Assembly (NCBI GenBank): GCA_964473825.1
Contig: CAYYQL010000006.1
Coordinates: forward strand, 47,367-111,366
DNA: 64,000 nucleotides
Reading direction: 5' to 3'
From: an uncultured archaeon
GTDB taxonomy: Archaea > Asgardarchaeota > Thorarchaeia > Thorarchaeales > Thorarchaeaceae
Shown here: positions 10,776 to 20,781 of the stretch, in pieces
How positions within the stretch are numbered: the first letter of the stretch is position 1
Layout: each line of letters starts with the position of its first letter
Program-made: the position numbers and the translations under genes
The notes under the pieces: generated by a model
What the model saw: the letters and a program-made list of their open reading frames with translations, nothing else
What the model was told of the DNA's origin: nothing
Database searches by the model: none

Positions 10776-11033
10776 GTGAACGCAGGTAGACCGATGGATT
10801 TGCTTCAGAAGTCGATTGGCGCGCAGGTGCTTGTCGAACTGAAGGGTAAGAAGAAACTGAGAGGGAAACTGCGGGGATATGACCAACATCTGAACCTGAT
10901 CCTCGAGGATGCTGATGAGATATCCTTTGACGACGAAGCAGGACAAGAGATAATCGAGGTCATCAAGACCGTGATTGTCAGAGGCGATAATGTCGTGCTG
11001 GTATCGCCACCCCCAAAATCAGCTAGGGAGTAG
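10776..11033 (+). CDS. lsm: Sm-like archaeal protein (Lsm/SmAP)
   Basis: [26 protein letters not shown]; GTG start after GGTGA; upstream of rpl37e. Confidence 0.95.
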   Translation: MNAGRPMDLLQKSIGAQVLVELKGKKKLRGKLRGYDQHLNLILEDADEISFDDEAGQEIIEVIKTVIVRGDNVVLVSPPPKSARE

Positions 11034-11040
11034 AACAATA

Positions 11041-11229
11041 ATGGGAAAGGGAACTCCGTCAAAAGGCAAGAAGAACAATCCTCACCATATCAGATGCAGG
11101 CGATGTGGTAGAAGATCATATCATGTGAGAAATAAGCGATGTGCTGCCTGTGGATTCGGAGTCTCCAGCAAGATTCGGAGCTACAGCTGGGCTCATAAGA
11201 AGGTCAACGGGACACGAATTCGCGGTTAG
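11041..11229 (+). CDS. rpl37e: 50S ribosomal protein eL37
   Basis: [28 protein letters not shown]. Confidence 0.97.
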   Translation: MGKGTPSKGKKNNPHHIRCRRCGRRSYHVRNKRCAACGFGVSSKIRSYSWAHKKVNGTRIRG

Positions 11230-11280
11230 ATTTCATCCCTCATTGTCATTACTTCATTTTATATTATCCAAGCGAATACA

Positions 11281-11655
11281 ATGAGTATGAGCTCTCAGAA
11301 ACTGGTCTTTGTATACAATGCTGACAGTGGCATCACGAACGTGATGAAGGACTTCTTTCACAGATTTGTATCACCTGCAACGTATCCATGTAATCTGTGC
11401 GCAGTCACCTATGGCAACTTCGGAATGAAGGGCTCGTGGAAATCGTTTGTGGAGAGTCTTGAGGTGCCAGTGGCGTTCCTGCACAAGGATGAGTTTAGCG
11501 AAGAATACGCGATTCAGAGCGCAGAACTTCCGTCAGCATTCATCGAAGAAGAGGGGAAGCTGGAATACTTCATCACAGCGGAGGAGATGAACGCCGTCGT
11601 GTCAGTGGATGAGCTCAAGACTCTAGTCAGACGAAAGCTGGATGAGCAATTCTAA
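11281..11655 (+). CDS. Conserved hypothetical protein (FVYNADSG / YPCNLCAVTYG family)
   Basis: Clean ORF with conserved-looking CxLC motif. Confidence 0.7.
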   Translation: MSMSSQKLVFVYNADSGITNVMKDFFHRFVSPATYPCNLCAVTYGNFGMKGSWKSFVESLEVPVAFLHKDEFSEEYAIQSAELPSAFIEEEGKLEYFITAEEMNAVVSVDELKTLVRRKLDEQF

Positions 11656-11717
11656 GGATTGGTCATAAGTCGAAAATTTATTGGGTTCTTTAAGCGCCAT
11701 CACAATCAGACTATGAT

Positions 11718-13574
11718 TTGAGAATGTCTGAAGATGGGAAAAGATTCCTATATGGCATTGAGATAGCTGACATCCGACGAACCAGTTTTGAGCAGCTTAC
11801 CGACCCGATTCAAGGGAAATCGCCAAGAGAATCTAGGTTTCTGCATAGATATGCGGATTCACTAGAAATAAGGAATAACCCAGCAGTTGATTCGAATCGC
11901 CTGGGTGAGAAGCCGATAAGTGACCTCTCGAGAGAGATGGGGGACTGGTTCTCCAAGGAATCAGGTGATAGACACAGTCTGCATTCCAAACTCGCTTTGA
12001 AGAATAGAATTCGGGATACACAGGAAATTCAGAATCGGAGGAACGAAGCAGACAGAGAGGAAAGTCTGGAAGGCGACGGATTTCGAGTCGCCGTCAAACG
12101 AGGTGGCTCTATTCGGGATATCGAGAAACTCGCAGGCATTATATGCGGCGAAACTGAGAGAGATGGTAGGCGGGTTTCTTTCTACGAACTCAATCTTGAC
12201 GGTCTAGACGATGAGAGTCTACGCAGATTCAAACAAGCAGCTGATGATAACAAAAGAGTTCTTGAAGCGAATCTCAGAGAACGGATTCGGTTGAAGGGTC
12301 GCTATGAAGAACTCAGGGTTGGTCTAGCCGGTCTTCGTGTGTATGTCTGGAAGATCAATCGAACGCCAGACGATATGCTCAACGTCTGGGGCGACCGATA
12401 TTTCTACTTCAAAAAAGGCGAATATGCCACGATCATCGATAGGCTAAGCTCAGAATTGCAGCTACCGGAGGAGAAGTCGGAGAGAGCTAAGCATCTCAAC
12501 GAGCTTATTCGAAACATGATTTCAGAGGATGCCACAAGCAAGATTCTGCATCGAAAGGCCAGACCGCGTCTAATCGGAGATTTCCTCCACTTTATTCGTG
12601 ACACAATAGGTGTGGACAATGCCTACTTCGAGGGGAAGATGACCAAGGTGACTTCACGATTCAATAGAGGTGCGATAGATAATCCCAAGCTCCCTACTGG
12701 ACAAACACTTGAGATACTACGCGCAAAACTTGGAGCGGTTGTCAATAGTGATTGTTGGATCGGCGGAAACGGAATAATGTGGTACTATGAAGGCAATGTT
12801 GATCGCATAAGAATCGTGGAGAAGCTGTTTCAGCAACTTGGTGACATCAAGATGAAGATGGCAGAGGCGGAAAACAACACAAGCTACAGAATGCTTATGC
12901 CGCGCCACATCGGGAGAGCATTCATCTATTGGGGGTTTACAACCGATGACAAATCGATACGAAACCAGAGGCTAGTTGAGAGCATTCGAGAAGGCGCCCG
13001 TGAGGTGTGGAGTCACTATCTCAGAGAACTAATACCGGAAGATGGATCGTTCAATAACATGAGCGGTTTTCAATGGAGCCGCTCGATTGTATTGAATCCC
13101 GGCCGGCAGGATGAAAAATACGGCGTGGCTCCCAAATTGAATGCTAGTCAGGTTTCATTCATCAAGGAGAATGGACGTCATGACAAGAAGAGAGGATATA
13201 TTCACCTCCAGCTTACTGACTACCTCAAGGCCGAAGAAGAATCAAAGACTGAAGTCGTCAAGAGCTTCAAAGAGGTAGTTTCAGAGAACAGATGCAAGGT
13301 GTTAGACGATGAGGCAGGTCTTGCAGAGAATCTAGGGATAGGGGTGAGAATCTATCCAGAATGCATAACGCTATACGAAGGAACCGGAAGGGTTTCAATC
13401 AAATGGGTCGCTACTACGCAGGACGCGGAGAATACCATCAGATGGTGTCTCATCGCGATGCCAGATGACATCCGAAAACGTGGGCTTGTGCAAGACTGGC
13501 TGGCTGAAAGGCCGGACGATGTTGAGAGAGTCAGAAGACAACTCGAACATCGTGGGCTTCTGGAGAAGGAATGA
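11718..13574 (+). CDS. Hypothetical protein with possible LAGLIDADG-like C-terminal half
   Basis: 618-aa ORF; helices LGAVVNSDCWI and YLRELIPEDGSF resemble paired LAGLIDADG motifs. Confidence 0.5.
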   Translation: MRMSEDGKRFLYGIEIADIRRTSFEQLTDPIQGKSPRESRFLHRYADSLEIRNNPAVDSNRLGEKPISDLSREMGDWFSKESGDRHSLHSKLALKNRIRDTQEIQNRRNEADREESLEGDGFRVAVKRGGSIRDIEKLAGIICGETERDGRRVSFYELNLDGLDDESLRRFKQAADDNKRVLEANLRERIRLKGRYEELRVGLAGLRVYVWKINRTPDDMLNVWGDRYFYFKKGEYATIIDRLSSELQLPEEKSERAKHLNELIRNMISEDATSKILHRKARPRLIGDFLHFIRDTIGVDNAYFEGKMTKVTSRFNRGAIDNPKLPTGQTLEILRAKLGAVVNSDCWIGGNGIMWYYEGNVDRIRIVEKLFQQLGDIKMKMAEAENNTSYRMLMPRHIGRAFIYWGFTTDDKSIRNQRLVESIREGAREVWSHYLRELIPEDGSFNNMSGFQWSRSIVLNPGRQDEKYGVAPKLNASQVSFIKENGRHDKKRGYIHLQLTDYLKAEEESKTEVVKSFKEVVSENRCKVLDDEAGLAENLGIGVRIYPECITLYEGTGRVSIKWVATTQDAENTIRWCLIAMPDDIRKRGLVQDWLAERPDDVERVRRQLEHRGLLEKE

Positions 13575-13575
13575 A

Positions 13576-13712
13576 TGGTGGACCGGACGTGATTTGAACA
13601 CGTGACCTCTTCCAGTTTGGAAGTCAGGCTAGTCCTTGACAGCTGCCAAGGAAGCGATCTATATCCCTGTGGCCTCAAGAATGAGGCTACAACCGGGCTA
13701 ATCTACCGGCCC
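13576..13712 (-). tRNA. tRNA-Ala(GGC) with two introns (D-loop ~20/20a, 13663-13691; canonical 37/38, 13615-13643)
   Basis: Acceptor GGGCCGG/CCGGTCC with G3:U70; anticodon arm CTTCC-TTGGCA^T-GGAAG; GTTCAAATC; encoded CCA; BHB helix TTGG/CCAA. Confidence 0.9.
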
Positions 13713-14456
13713 ACGTGTTGATTTCGAGTTCGTGAACAGATGGTTAAAAGAATTGTGGAGTGTATTGTGAGGGAATCAACGAATGCTCAGCTGCATTTCG
13801 CATAGTTCTCAACTGGGGCCACAACAGGTTTGTCATCTGATTTGAACTTCATCTCTATTGGAGGACCAAGGGGGAGAGAAGCCGATCCGATTCTGACAAC
13901 TGAAGCCGAGTGACAAGTACTGCAACCTGTGAAAGGAAGTGGTACAGTGCCAATCCCTCGTAATCATCTGGAGTGATCTCAGTCAAGTAGAGCAGCCTGT
14001 ACCGATGGTCACAGGCTCTGACCAAGAATCGGTTTCTTTCGAATCTATAGACCCAGGCAAGAGTGACCTCGTCCTATTGGACATATGGAGGGTCGAAGAA
14101 GCAGGCGGGAATGATTCGTCCATTCTTGATTATGCTTCTAACTGACTCTTTGACTGGCTCTGTATTGGTCCATGCGGCCCTGAAAGCAAAGATGAATGCT
14201 GAGAGGTTCCCATCGCTATGATTTCTGAGATAGAAGAGAAGGGAAATCACTCTGCGTGTGATGTAATGGTGGCCTGGGTGATCCGGCGGATTCTTCGGAA
14301 TCAGGCTGAACAAGTCAGATGCCGTGTCACTATCTCCATGGTAGATGCAAACTGTTTCAGGAAAATCATGATGGAAGCAACGGCGTAGATTCCATCCCAT
14401 TCATCATCCACGCTAGAACAACGTATTGAAAAAGCCTGAAGGTGCGGAGAGATACT

Positions 14457-15029
14457 ATGAGCCACGAGTCGGACATCTTCACGACACCTGTTCAGAGGAT
14501 TCCTCTAAGATACCTACCGGAGGAGGGGCTAGTTCTAGACATCGGCGGAGGCGGTGAGGGTTTAGTTTCAAGGCTGGAGGGAGAACGGGTCTGCGCGGTG
14601 GACATTCTTTTGAACAAAATCAGGGAGGTCCGAATCTACGGTGTCAGGTCCCAGTGGATACAGGGCGACGCACGGAACCTGGGAATCAGAGATAGAACCT
14701 TCGATATCGTGGCCTGTTGGTTCTCGTTGGGCTACCTGTCTGAAGTAGATGCTAAGAGGCAAGTGCTTGTGGAGGGCCATCGCGTGCTCAGGACGGAGGG
14801 ACTGTTATCGATTATTGGCATGAGCATACCGGGGGATGTGGTCAAGCATGTATTTGATGCTGAGTTTATCTTTCCAGACGGCTATATCTCAAAGATGAGT
14901 TATGCGGTATCAGGAACTCAATACCAAACGATGGAGTCACTCATCGCTCTAGGGCAAGAGATAGGATTCACTCTTCAGTGTGCATTGGACCATGAACACT
15001 GGTTCGAAATCACTATGAGGAAAACATGA
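14457..15029 (+). CDS. Class I SAM-dependent methyltransferase
   Basis: VLDIGGGGEG, QGDARNL, FDIV, HRVLR..G. Confidence 0.85.
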   Translation: MSHESDIFTTPVQRIPLRYLPEEGLVLDIGGGGEGLVSRLEGERVCAVDILLNKIREVRIYGVRSQWIQGDARNLGIRDRTFDIVACWFSLGYLSEVDAKRQVLVEGHRVLRTEGLLSIIGMSIPGDVVKHVFDAEFIFPDGYISKMSYAVSGTQYQTMESLIALGQEIGFTLQCALDHEHWFEITMRKT

Positions 15030-15093
15030 GTTTCTATGTTCCAAAAGCTTAAAGTGCGGACCAAAAACCTAGCGGGTAGACTGACGATTCAAG

Positions 15094-15621
15094 TTGAGTA
15101 TTATGAGCCTTGCAGTTTGGTGGAGACGCGGTAGCAAGCCAGGACTGATTATCATGTTCCTAGGAATTGCTGGATTTGTGCAGGTTCCCGTGCTGTGGCA
15201 TGCACAGACCTACGTGAAAGTTCTGAGTGCAGAGTTGCAGCTTATCGTTGCACTTGGTGCCATGGTTGTGCTTGGCGGTGCCTTCGTCATCATGGCTGAA
15301 GCGATGTACCGGTGGTCGCATATCGTTTCCAAGCGCAAGGTCAGAAGAAGGCAGAGGTCTCAAGCAGGATTCATCACCAGACTCTCAGAAGCAGTCAGGT
15401 CCTATACGGACTTGCCGGCATTCGTCGGCCTTGCCCTCTTGAGCTGCGTGTTCCTGATGCTCTACTTCGTTCCCTTTGGAATTGCAGACTTCACACAGCA
15501 ACCATCATGGTTCGCCCCATTAGTGTTCGTGGATTCGCTCTATGTATACCCACTTGCCGTGAACATCTCAGCCATCCTCAGCGCACTTGTTGCAAGTTAC
15601 ATGAATCACAAGATCAAGTAG
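15094..15621 (+). CDS. Hypothetical membrane protein
   Basis: About 4 hydrophobic segments with a basic loop. Confidence 0.65.
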   Translation: MSIMSLAVWWRRGSKPGLIIMFLGIAGFVQVPVLWHAQTYVKVLSAELQLIVALGAMVVLGGAFVIMAEAMYRWSHIVSKRKVRRRQRSQAGFITRLSEAVRSYTDLPAFVGLALLSCVFLMLYFVPFGIADFTQQPSWFAPLVFVDSLYVYPLAVNISAILSALVASYMNHKIK

Positions 15622-15704
15622 ATTCTCTCTTCTGATTCTGCAGAGGGCGCTCCAAACAAAATGTTTAAGACACATAAGCGTTAACTATAGTTCATGTGAT
15701 GTAG

Positions 15705-16181
15705 ATGAGCGACGGTCTAGAAATAGGAACAGAAGCACCAGACTTTACGCTCTTGGAGGCGCCTGGTGAATCAGTGACCCTGAGTGATGAACTCAAGAAG
15801 GGGCCTGTGGTACTTGCATTCTATCCAGCAGATTTCTCCTCAACCTGCCAAGAAGAACTCTGTAGACTCAGAGATGCACTTGCGGACTTCAACGAGCTCG
15901 GAGCAAATGTCCTAGGAGTGTCAGTGGACGGCATCTTCAGCCATATAGCCTTCAAGAAAGCAAACGATATACAATTCCCGTTATTGTCAGACTGGGAGAA
16001 GGAAACCATCCACAAGTATGATGTGGTCTATCCAGACTTGGCAGGAATGAAAGATGTAGCGAAGCGATCCGTATTCGTCATCGATACGGACGGTACTGTT
16101 TTCTACAAGTGGGTAAGCGACGATCCGAGCAAACTGCCACCCATTGATGAAATCGAAGAGGCAGTACGCGACCTACAGTAG
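15705..16181 (+). CDS. Peroxiredoxin (AhpC/TSA family)
   Basis: FYPADFSSTCQEELC, FPLLSD, RSVFVID. Confidence 0.92.
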   Translation: MSDGLEIGTEAPDFTLLEAPGESVTLSDELKKGPVVLAFYPADFSSTCQEELCRLRDALADFNELGANVLGVSVDGIFSHIAFKKANDIQFPLLSDWEKETIHKYDVVYPDLAGMKDVAKRSVFVIDTDGTVFYKWVSDDPSKLPPIDEIEEAVRDLQ

Positions 16182-16255
16182 GTAGGTAATGTCCACTACC
16201 TCTATATCAGACTTAGAGCCGAAACGGGGATGCGGCCTCTCTCAGGCTCAGATTT

Positions 16256-16343
16256 GCCGTGATAGATTAGCCCGGGAGATCGCGCGGCTGAAGACTGCGT
16301 TATCGAGTGTTCAAATCGACCAGGATTTTCCCCCCTATCGTGG
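16256..16343 (+). pseudogene. Degenerate 5' copy of tRNA-Phe including most of its intron, lacking the 3' exon
   Basis: Near-identical to 16435-16520 with several substitutions; no CACTCTCTCGGCACCA downstream. Confidence 0.85.
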
Positions 16344-16434
16344 ATAGATATCGTCCTGGTTTTGCATCAATGCCGAGAATGGTTGTGTTGACTACGCTAT
16401 CTTTATATTTCGACAACCTCGGTAGTAGTTCTGA

Positions 16435-16540
16435 GCCGAGATAGATTAGCCCGGGAGATCGCGCGGCTGAAGACCGCGTTGTCGAGTGTTCAAATCGACC
16501 GGGGAATCCCCCCATCGTGAAACTCACTCTCTCGGCACCA
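16435..16540 (+). tRNA. tRNA-Phe(GAA) with 29-nt T-loop intron at 59/60 (16495-16523)
   Basis: Acceptor GCCGAGA/TCTCGGC; anticodon arm CGCGG-CTGAAGA-CCGCG; BHB TTCA-AA^T...TGAA-AC^T; CCA. Confidence 0.92.
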
Positions 16541-16935
16541 CCTCCCTTTTCCTCGATACCGGGCCGAGGAGCATCTATCGAAGCTAGTTTCCGACCAAAT
16601 GTCAACGACATATCCCTAGATGCTACCATGGCTCTGTGGGAGTGGTTGGCAACGGCGAAGCAACTCGAGCAGGTCAACATCCTCAGAGCCCTGCTCTTCC
16701 CAGAAGAAGCCGTGCAATCGGCTGCTTTCTGGATAAGGAAGCCAACAGATGAATCCAGCCAAGTTAGGCCAACAGTAGCGGTCAAAGAGAAAGGAGAGAG
16801 AATCTACAAGCGCAGGATTGAGTCAGTACTCGTGCCAGCCAATCAGACAGTTGGCAGTCCATCGACTAGTGATCAATTCTTGAAGTATTCTGAAAAGAAG
16901 AGGAAGGGAGGAAGATGCCCCCCAATCTTGTTGTT

Positions 16936-18030
16936 CTATTGGTTCTCACCCACGTCATCAGAAACGCTCACGTAGAGGTGCTCCTCTTGCTGTGAGTCAC
17001 GCCTAATCTTCAGGCGCCTGTCTGAGATCCTTTTGCGCTCACCCCAGCGACCATGCCACCAGATACCCTTTTCCTCTTGAAGATAGATAGGGACCTTCAC
17101 TGCAGCTGAGATGATCTTCCAGGTGTTGCTAATCACGAGGATGAAGATGATGATGAACCAGCCAACATCAAAGGGAGTGATGGGCAGGTCCATAATGGTC
17201 TCGAGATAGGCTAGGCTGATGAGTTGCCAATGAGTTCCATCAAAGACCCAGACATAGTCCAGTGGCCAGCCGATGTTGATGAGAGCCATTGCAAGGACAA
17301 TCCACACCGCACCGAGTACTGCCTCGAACACTAGGTTGAGATTGTTCTCTCCAGCATAGAAGAACATCGCTCCTTTGAGGGCGCCTACAAGCATTAGCAT
17401 GGCTACAATGCTCACAACCGTACGGAACGGATCCGAGTAGAGGATGTATGTCTGAGGCAACAGCAGAATGACACCAAAGATGATGCCAAATATCACTTCA
17501 CCCAGAGCGTCGGTCCTAGGTTTTATCTTGAAACCCTCGACACCAAGAGAGAGAACCTCTTCGAGAAAGGTCTTCTCGGTCACCGACTTGTCTTCGAATA
17601 CCGTTATGACGACGACAATTACCACAACAATGGTGAAATTGACCACAATTATGGATAGGAGAGTAGACAGCGAGATTGGACTGAACAGAGAGGGGGTGAA
17701 TACTCCCACAACATAGGCACCTGCGGCGAACGTAATGATGATGCCCACAAATGCTACAATGAGGCGCATTACCGGCAGGAAGTATTCCCTAGGAATTGGA
17801 CCCCTCTTGGCACCTGTTCCGGTGTACTCATTTGCAACCGTCTTCGGGCCACCTAGACGTTCGATGGCCATCAGGGCAGAACCCTCTGTCATCGTGCCTT
17901 CGCCAATGTTCTCCGCTTCCTCAATGAGGTGCGTCCGTATCTCCATCAGGGTTTCCTCACTGTTCAGTGGGAGGTAGACCTTGACGCGCTCCAGATATTG
18001 ATCTATAATCTTCAATGGGCCTCTAGTCAT
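16936..18030 (-). CDS. PadR-associated multi-pass membrane protein (HAAS-like N-terminus)
   Basis: IDQYLERV..YLP...EIRTHL...LGGPKTVANEY followed by TM helices; directly downstream of padR. Confidence 0.8.
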   Translation of the reverse strand: MTRGPLKIIDQYLERVKVYLPLNSEETLMEIRTHLIEEAENIGEGTMTEGSALMAIERLGGPKTVANEYTGTGAKRGPIPREYFLPVMRLIVAFVGIIITFAAGAYVVGVFTPSLFSPISLSTLLSIIVVNFTIVVVIVVVITVFEDKSVTEKTFLEEVLSLGVEGFKIKPRTDALGEVIFGIIFGVILLLPQTYILYSDPFRTVVSIVAMLMLVGALKGAMFFYAGENNLNLVFEAVLGAVWIVLAMALINIGWPLDYVWVFDGTHWQLISLAYLETIMDLPITPFDVGWFIIIFILVISNTWKIISAAVKVPIYLQEEKGIWWHGRWGERKRISDRRLKIRRDSQQEEHLYVSVSDDVGENQ

Positions 18031-18398
18031 TAGGTTGGAACCTCCGTGATTATCTCGTTCATCTCGTCGGTCAAGAGGGACCATATCTCGCTCATCTGTT
18101 TCAGAGCGCTTGCGCCCTGGTTACTGAGCACATAGTATTTCTTTGGCTTAGCAGGGTCCTCATGGTCCCACTCTGAGGTCAACAGGTCCCGCTTCTCCAT
18201 TCTCCGGAGAAGAGGATACACTGTTCCCTGCTCAAGGGACAGGAATTCAGTTCTGTCCTCGAGTTCCTTCACAATCTCGTAACCATAGGCGCGCCTCTTG
18301 CTGAGAAGAGCCAGAATGGCTAGAGATGCTGCACCGCGCCTGACTTCCTTGGCCCAGCGCTCAAGTTCTTTTTCGACGTTTTTTGATTGTTCGCTCAT
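18030..18398 (-). CDS. PadR-family transcriptional regulator
   Basis: YGYEIVKEL, GTVYPLLRRME, KKYY.LS..G. Confidence 0.93.
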   Translation of the reverse strand: MSEQSKNVEKELERWAKEVRRGAASLAILALLSKRRAYGYEIVKELEDRTEFLSLEQGTVYPLLRRMEKRDLLTSEWDHEDPAKPKKYYVLSNQGASALKQMSEIWSLLTDEMNEIITEVPT

Positions 18399-18448
18399 TT
18401 TGTGTTCACAGCCTCCTATATTAGCTGGCACCTAGTGGTGTGTATAAC

Positions 18449-18479
18449 TTGGTACTGTGTACCACATAGTGCTATGTGA
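18449..18479. promoter_or_regulatory. Probable PadR operator (adjacent short palindromes)
   Basis: TGGTACTGTGTACCA and CACATAGTGCTATGTG inverted repeats upstream of padR. Confidence 0.4.
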
Positions 18480-18574
18480 TAGATGTATATAAATATTACT
18501 GAGTGAGCCGTCATACCTAGCGTATACGTTATGTTGAAGGAGAGGTTGGCAGAAATAGCAGAACAGAGCCGAGC

Positions 18575-19024
18575 GTGAAAGAAGTGGATGAGAGAGTAAC
18601 GATCAAGGTGAAAAAACTCCACAAGGACGCACAAGTTCCAAAGGCTGCAAAGAGCGGCGATGTGGCTTTTGATCTCTATGCTGTTGAAGAGTATGAGTTG
18701 CAGCCTGGAGATCGAGGAGCAGTCCGCACGGGCCTTGCATTGGAGATTCCTCGAGGATACGAAGGCCAAGTACGACCACGAAGTGGGCTTGCTCTCAAGC
18801 ATGGAATCACAGTGCTCAACAGCCCGGGAACCATCGACTCAGGCTATCGGGGAGAAGTCAAGACCATCATGATCAATCATGGTACTGAATCCTTCAAGGT
18901 GGAGAAGGGTATGAGAATAAGCCAACTTGCCATTCGGCCTGTTCCGAGGGTGGAGATTGCGCTTGTGGATGAGCTGTCAGATTCAGAACGAGGGGACGGC
19001 GGATTCGGCAGTACGGGAGTCTAG
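18575..19024 (+). CDS. dut: dUTPase
   Basis: FDLYA, RPRSGLA, NSPGTIDSGYRGE, RGDGGFGSTG. Confidence 0.96.
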   Translation: MKEVDERVTIKVKKLHKDAQVPKAAKSGDVAFDLYAVEEYELQPGDRGAVRTGLALEIPRGYEGQVRPRSGLALKHGITVLNSPGTIDSGYRGEVKTIMINHGTESFKVEKGMRISQLAIRPVPRVEIALVDELSDSERGDGGFGSTGV

Positions 19025-19339
19025 CCGGTCGTCTTTCAGGACCCAGTTCGCGAAGATGGTTGTCATCACCGCAGCGGGAGGTACTATCAGAAGCATCTTC
19101 CGAGAGCCGCGCGTTATCCACAGACGCAGCTCATTCTCGCGGCAGGTCTCAATGAGGGCCACCACTGCAGGAAGTGTCCAGTCAGTTATGTCGAGTCGAT
19201 TTGAGGCGAGTTCAGACTCAATAAGCTGTTTGAAGCGAAGAGCTGATCGGCAACTGACGCTTCGACCGAGCTTCTCAATCCGGGATATTGTATCGTAGTC
19301 TTCTGCTTCCAATACAGGGGCAGTTGTCATGTCTTCCAA
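18983..19339 (-). CDS. Hypothetical protein
   Basis: 118-aa ORF, convergent 3' overlap with dut. Confidence 0.55.
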   Translation of the reverse strand: MEDMTTAPVLEAEDYDTISRIEKLGRSVSCRSALRFKQLIESELASNRLDITDWTLPAVVALIETCRENELRLWITRGSRKMLLIVPPAAVMTTIFANWVLKDDRLDSRTAESAVPSF

Positions 19340-19460
19340 TCTTGGTTATCAGTAATAAGGAACCCATTTTTCCGTTGAGCCATAAAATAATAGATAGGTC
19401 AAAACGTTTTTAATCGGCAGACGGCAGCAGGGAGAATTGTCTGGGACAACTTCCAGAACT

Positions 19461-19568
19461 GGGCCGATAGTCTAGCCCGGCTATGATACCGCATTGACAT
19501 AAGTCATTGATTTCCAATTTCTTTCAAAGGTGCGGTGGTCGCTGGTTCAAATCCGGCTCGGCCCACCA
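19461..19568 (+). tRNA. tRNA-Val(GAC) with 30-nt canonical intron (19500-19529)
   Basis: Acceptor GGGCCGA/TCGGCCC; CCGCA-TTGACA^G-TGCGG; BHB helix TTGA/TCAA; CCA. Confidence 0.93.
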
Positions 19569-19578
19569 TCATTCTTCT

Positions 19579-20076
19579 TCATTGCATCTTCTTGCTTAGT
19601 CGGGACTCGGCTTGTTCAATAGGAAACACGTTCTCCTGGTTCTCACAGTCTCTGCAATCCGGATTCTTCCCGCAATTCCTCTCTGCCAGCCCCCTATTCA
19701 CCAACACCTTTGCGAAGTCTGAGGATACTGTGTCCAAGTCTTTCTCAGCGAGATTCTGGATGCCTGAGTTGTGTTGCTCCACGAATGTGTTCACAATCCG
19801 CTGGGCTGTTGGAATGTGTTCCTCCACATTGTCGTCATCCACTGCTACTGCAAAGATAAGCCCCTCTCGGAGTAACAGAATGAAGGTCAATGCGCCAAGA
19901 TCAATCTGGTCTACGGATGAGGTGCTCAGCATCTGTGCAAACGTGTGAATGGCCCTGATCAGGCTGCTCACCATTCCTCCATCTTCACCCAGAGAGTGGC
20001 ACTCACCGAAGTTGGCCGCGATTAGAGCCTGTCCCGAGTCATCGATGACAAACACGTTTCGAATCATATCTGACAC
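19579..20076 (-). CDS. Longin-like domain protein (Asgard ESP-type) with C-terminal Cys cluster
   Basis: MIRNVFVIDDSG.ALI..NF, SSLIRAIHTFA, LIFAVAVD pattern; tail CGKNPDCRDC. Confidence 0.65.
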   Translation of the reverse strand: MSDMIRNVFVIDDSGQALIAANFGECHSLGEDGGMVSSLIRAIHTFAQMLSTSSVDQIDLGALTFILLLREGLIFAVAVDDDNVEEHIPTAQRIVNTFVEQHNSGIQNLAEKDLDTVSSDFAKVLVNRGLAERNCGKNPDCRDCENQENVFPIEQAESRLSKKMQ

Positions 20077-20131
20077 TTCTTGATCTGAGAGGAGAGAACA
20101 GCATCTCGCTAGAACCTATAATCTCATTCGG

Positions 20132-20659
20132 TCAGAAGAACATTCCTGATCTCATGGGGTACTTCTCTCGAAAGACCTTCTCAGCCTTCAACTCAAGATT
20201 ACGTCGAATGCTTGCGATATCTGGGCTGAGCGATGTCAGGTCAGGTCTAGTGAGGACTGGCCCACTAAGATAGTGTTTCGCCTTCTGTCGTCCCAAGTCT
20301 GAGGGATGGATTGGAGCTCTCTTGATGATCTCATCTATCTTCGGGCGACTGATTTCGGGATTCTCTATCCCTCTAATTAGGTCTTCTAGATCGTTGTTCG
20401 TGAGTGATCTCAGTCCATATTCGGGAGTTGCCTTCATACGCTCAATAGAGGGGCTCTCGCCATCAAGTTCCACGCCGGCTCCTGTGAATCGGCCAGGACC
20501 CAGGGGGATGAGGCGAAGCTGATAGGCAGATGTCGGTCCAACAACAAGCATATCGCCTACAGGGGTATGAAGCACGCGCCATCCTCTCGGGCGCTCGCTG
20601 TACTGCTCTAGGATACGAGGAATAACATCCTCCACGGGCTCCGCATCGGGCAATCTCAT
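20132..20659 (-). CDS. Hypothetical protein
   Basis: 175-aa ORF. Confidence 0.65.
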   Translation of the reverse strand: MRLPDAEPVEDVIPRILEQYSERPRGWRVLHTPVGDMLVVGPTSAYQLRLIPLGPGRFTGAGVELDGESPSIERMKATPEYGLRSLTNNDLEDLIRGIENPEISRPKIDEIIKRAPIHPSDLGRQKAKHYLSGPVLTRPDLTSLSPDIASIRRNLELKAEKVFREKYPMRSGMFF

Positions 20660-20781
20660 TCAAGGATTCCTTTTCAGTGTATACTCATATTGGTATTGGT
20701 TCAGGTGAAGAATCGAACTGACTGGTGAAGCATCTCATGTGTCAGGGCGAATCAAGACGTTTTGCATTGCATGTGCTAGGA

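Noticed and set aside
13894-14145. Possible selenoprotein (CNL-TGA, CxxU-like, at 13930)
   Set aside because: Another in-frame TGA lies 12 codons upstream, and there is no start codon, recognisable family or SECIS; likely degraded sequence.
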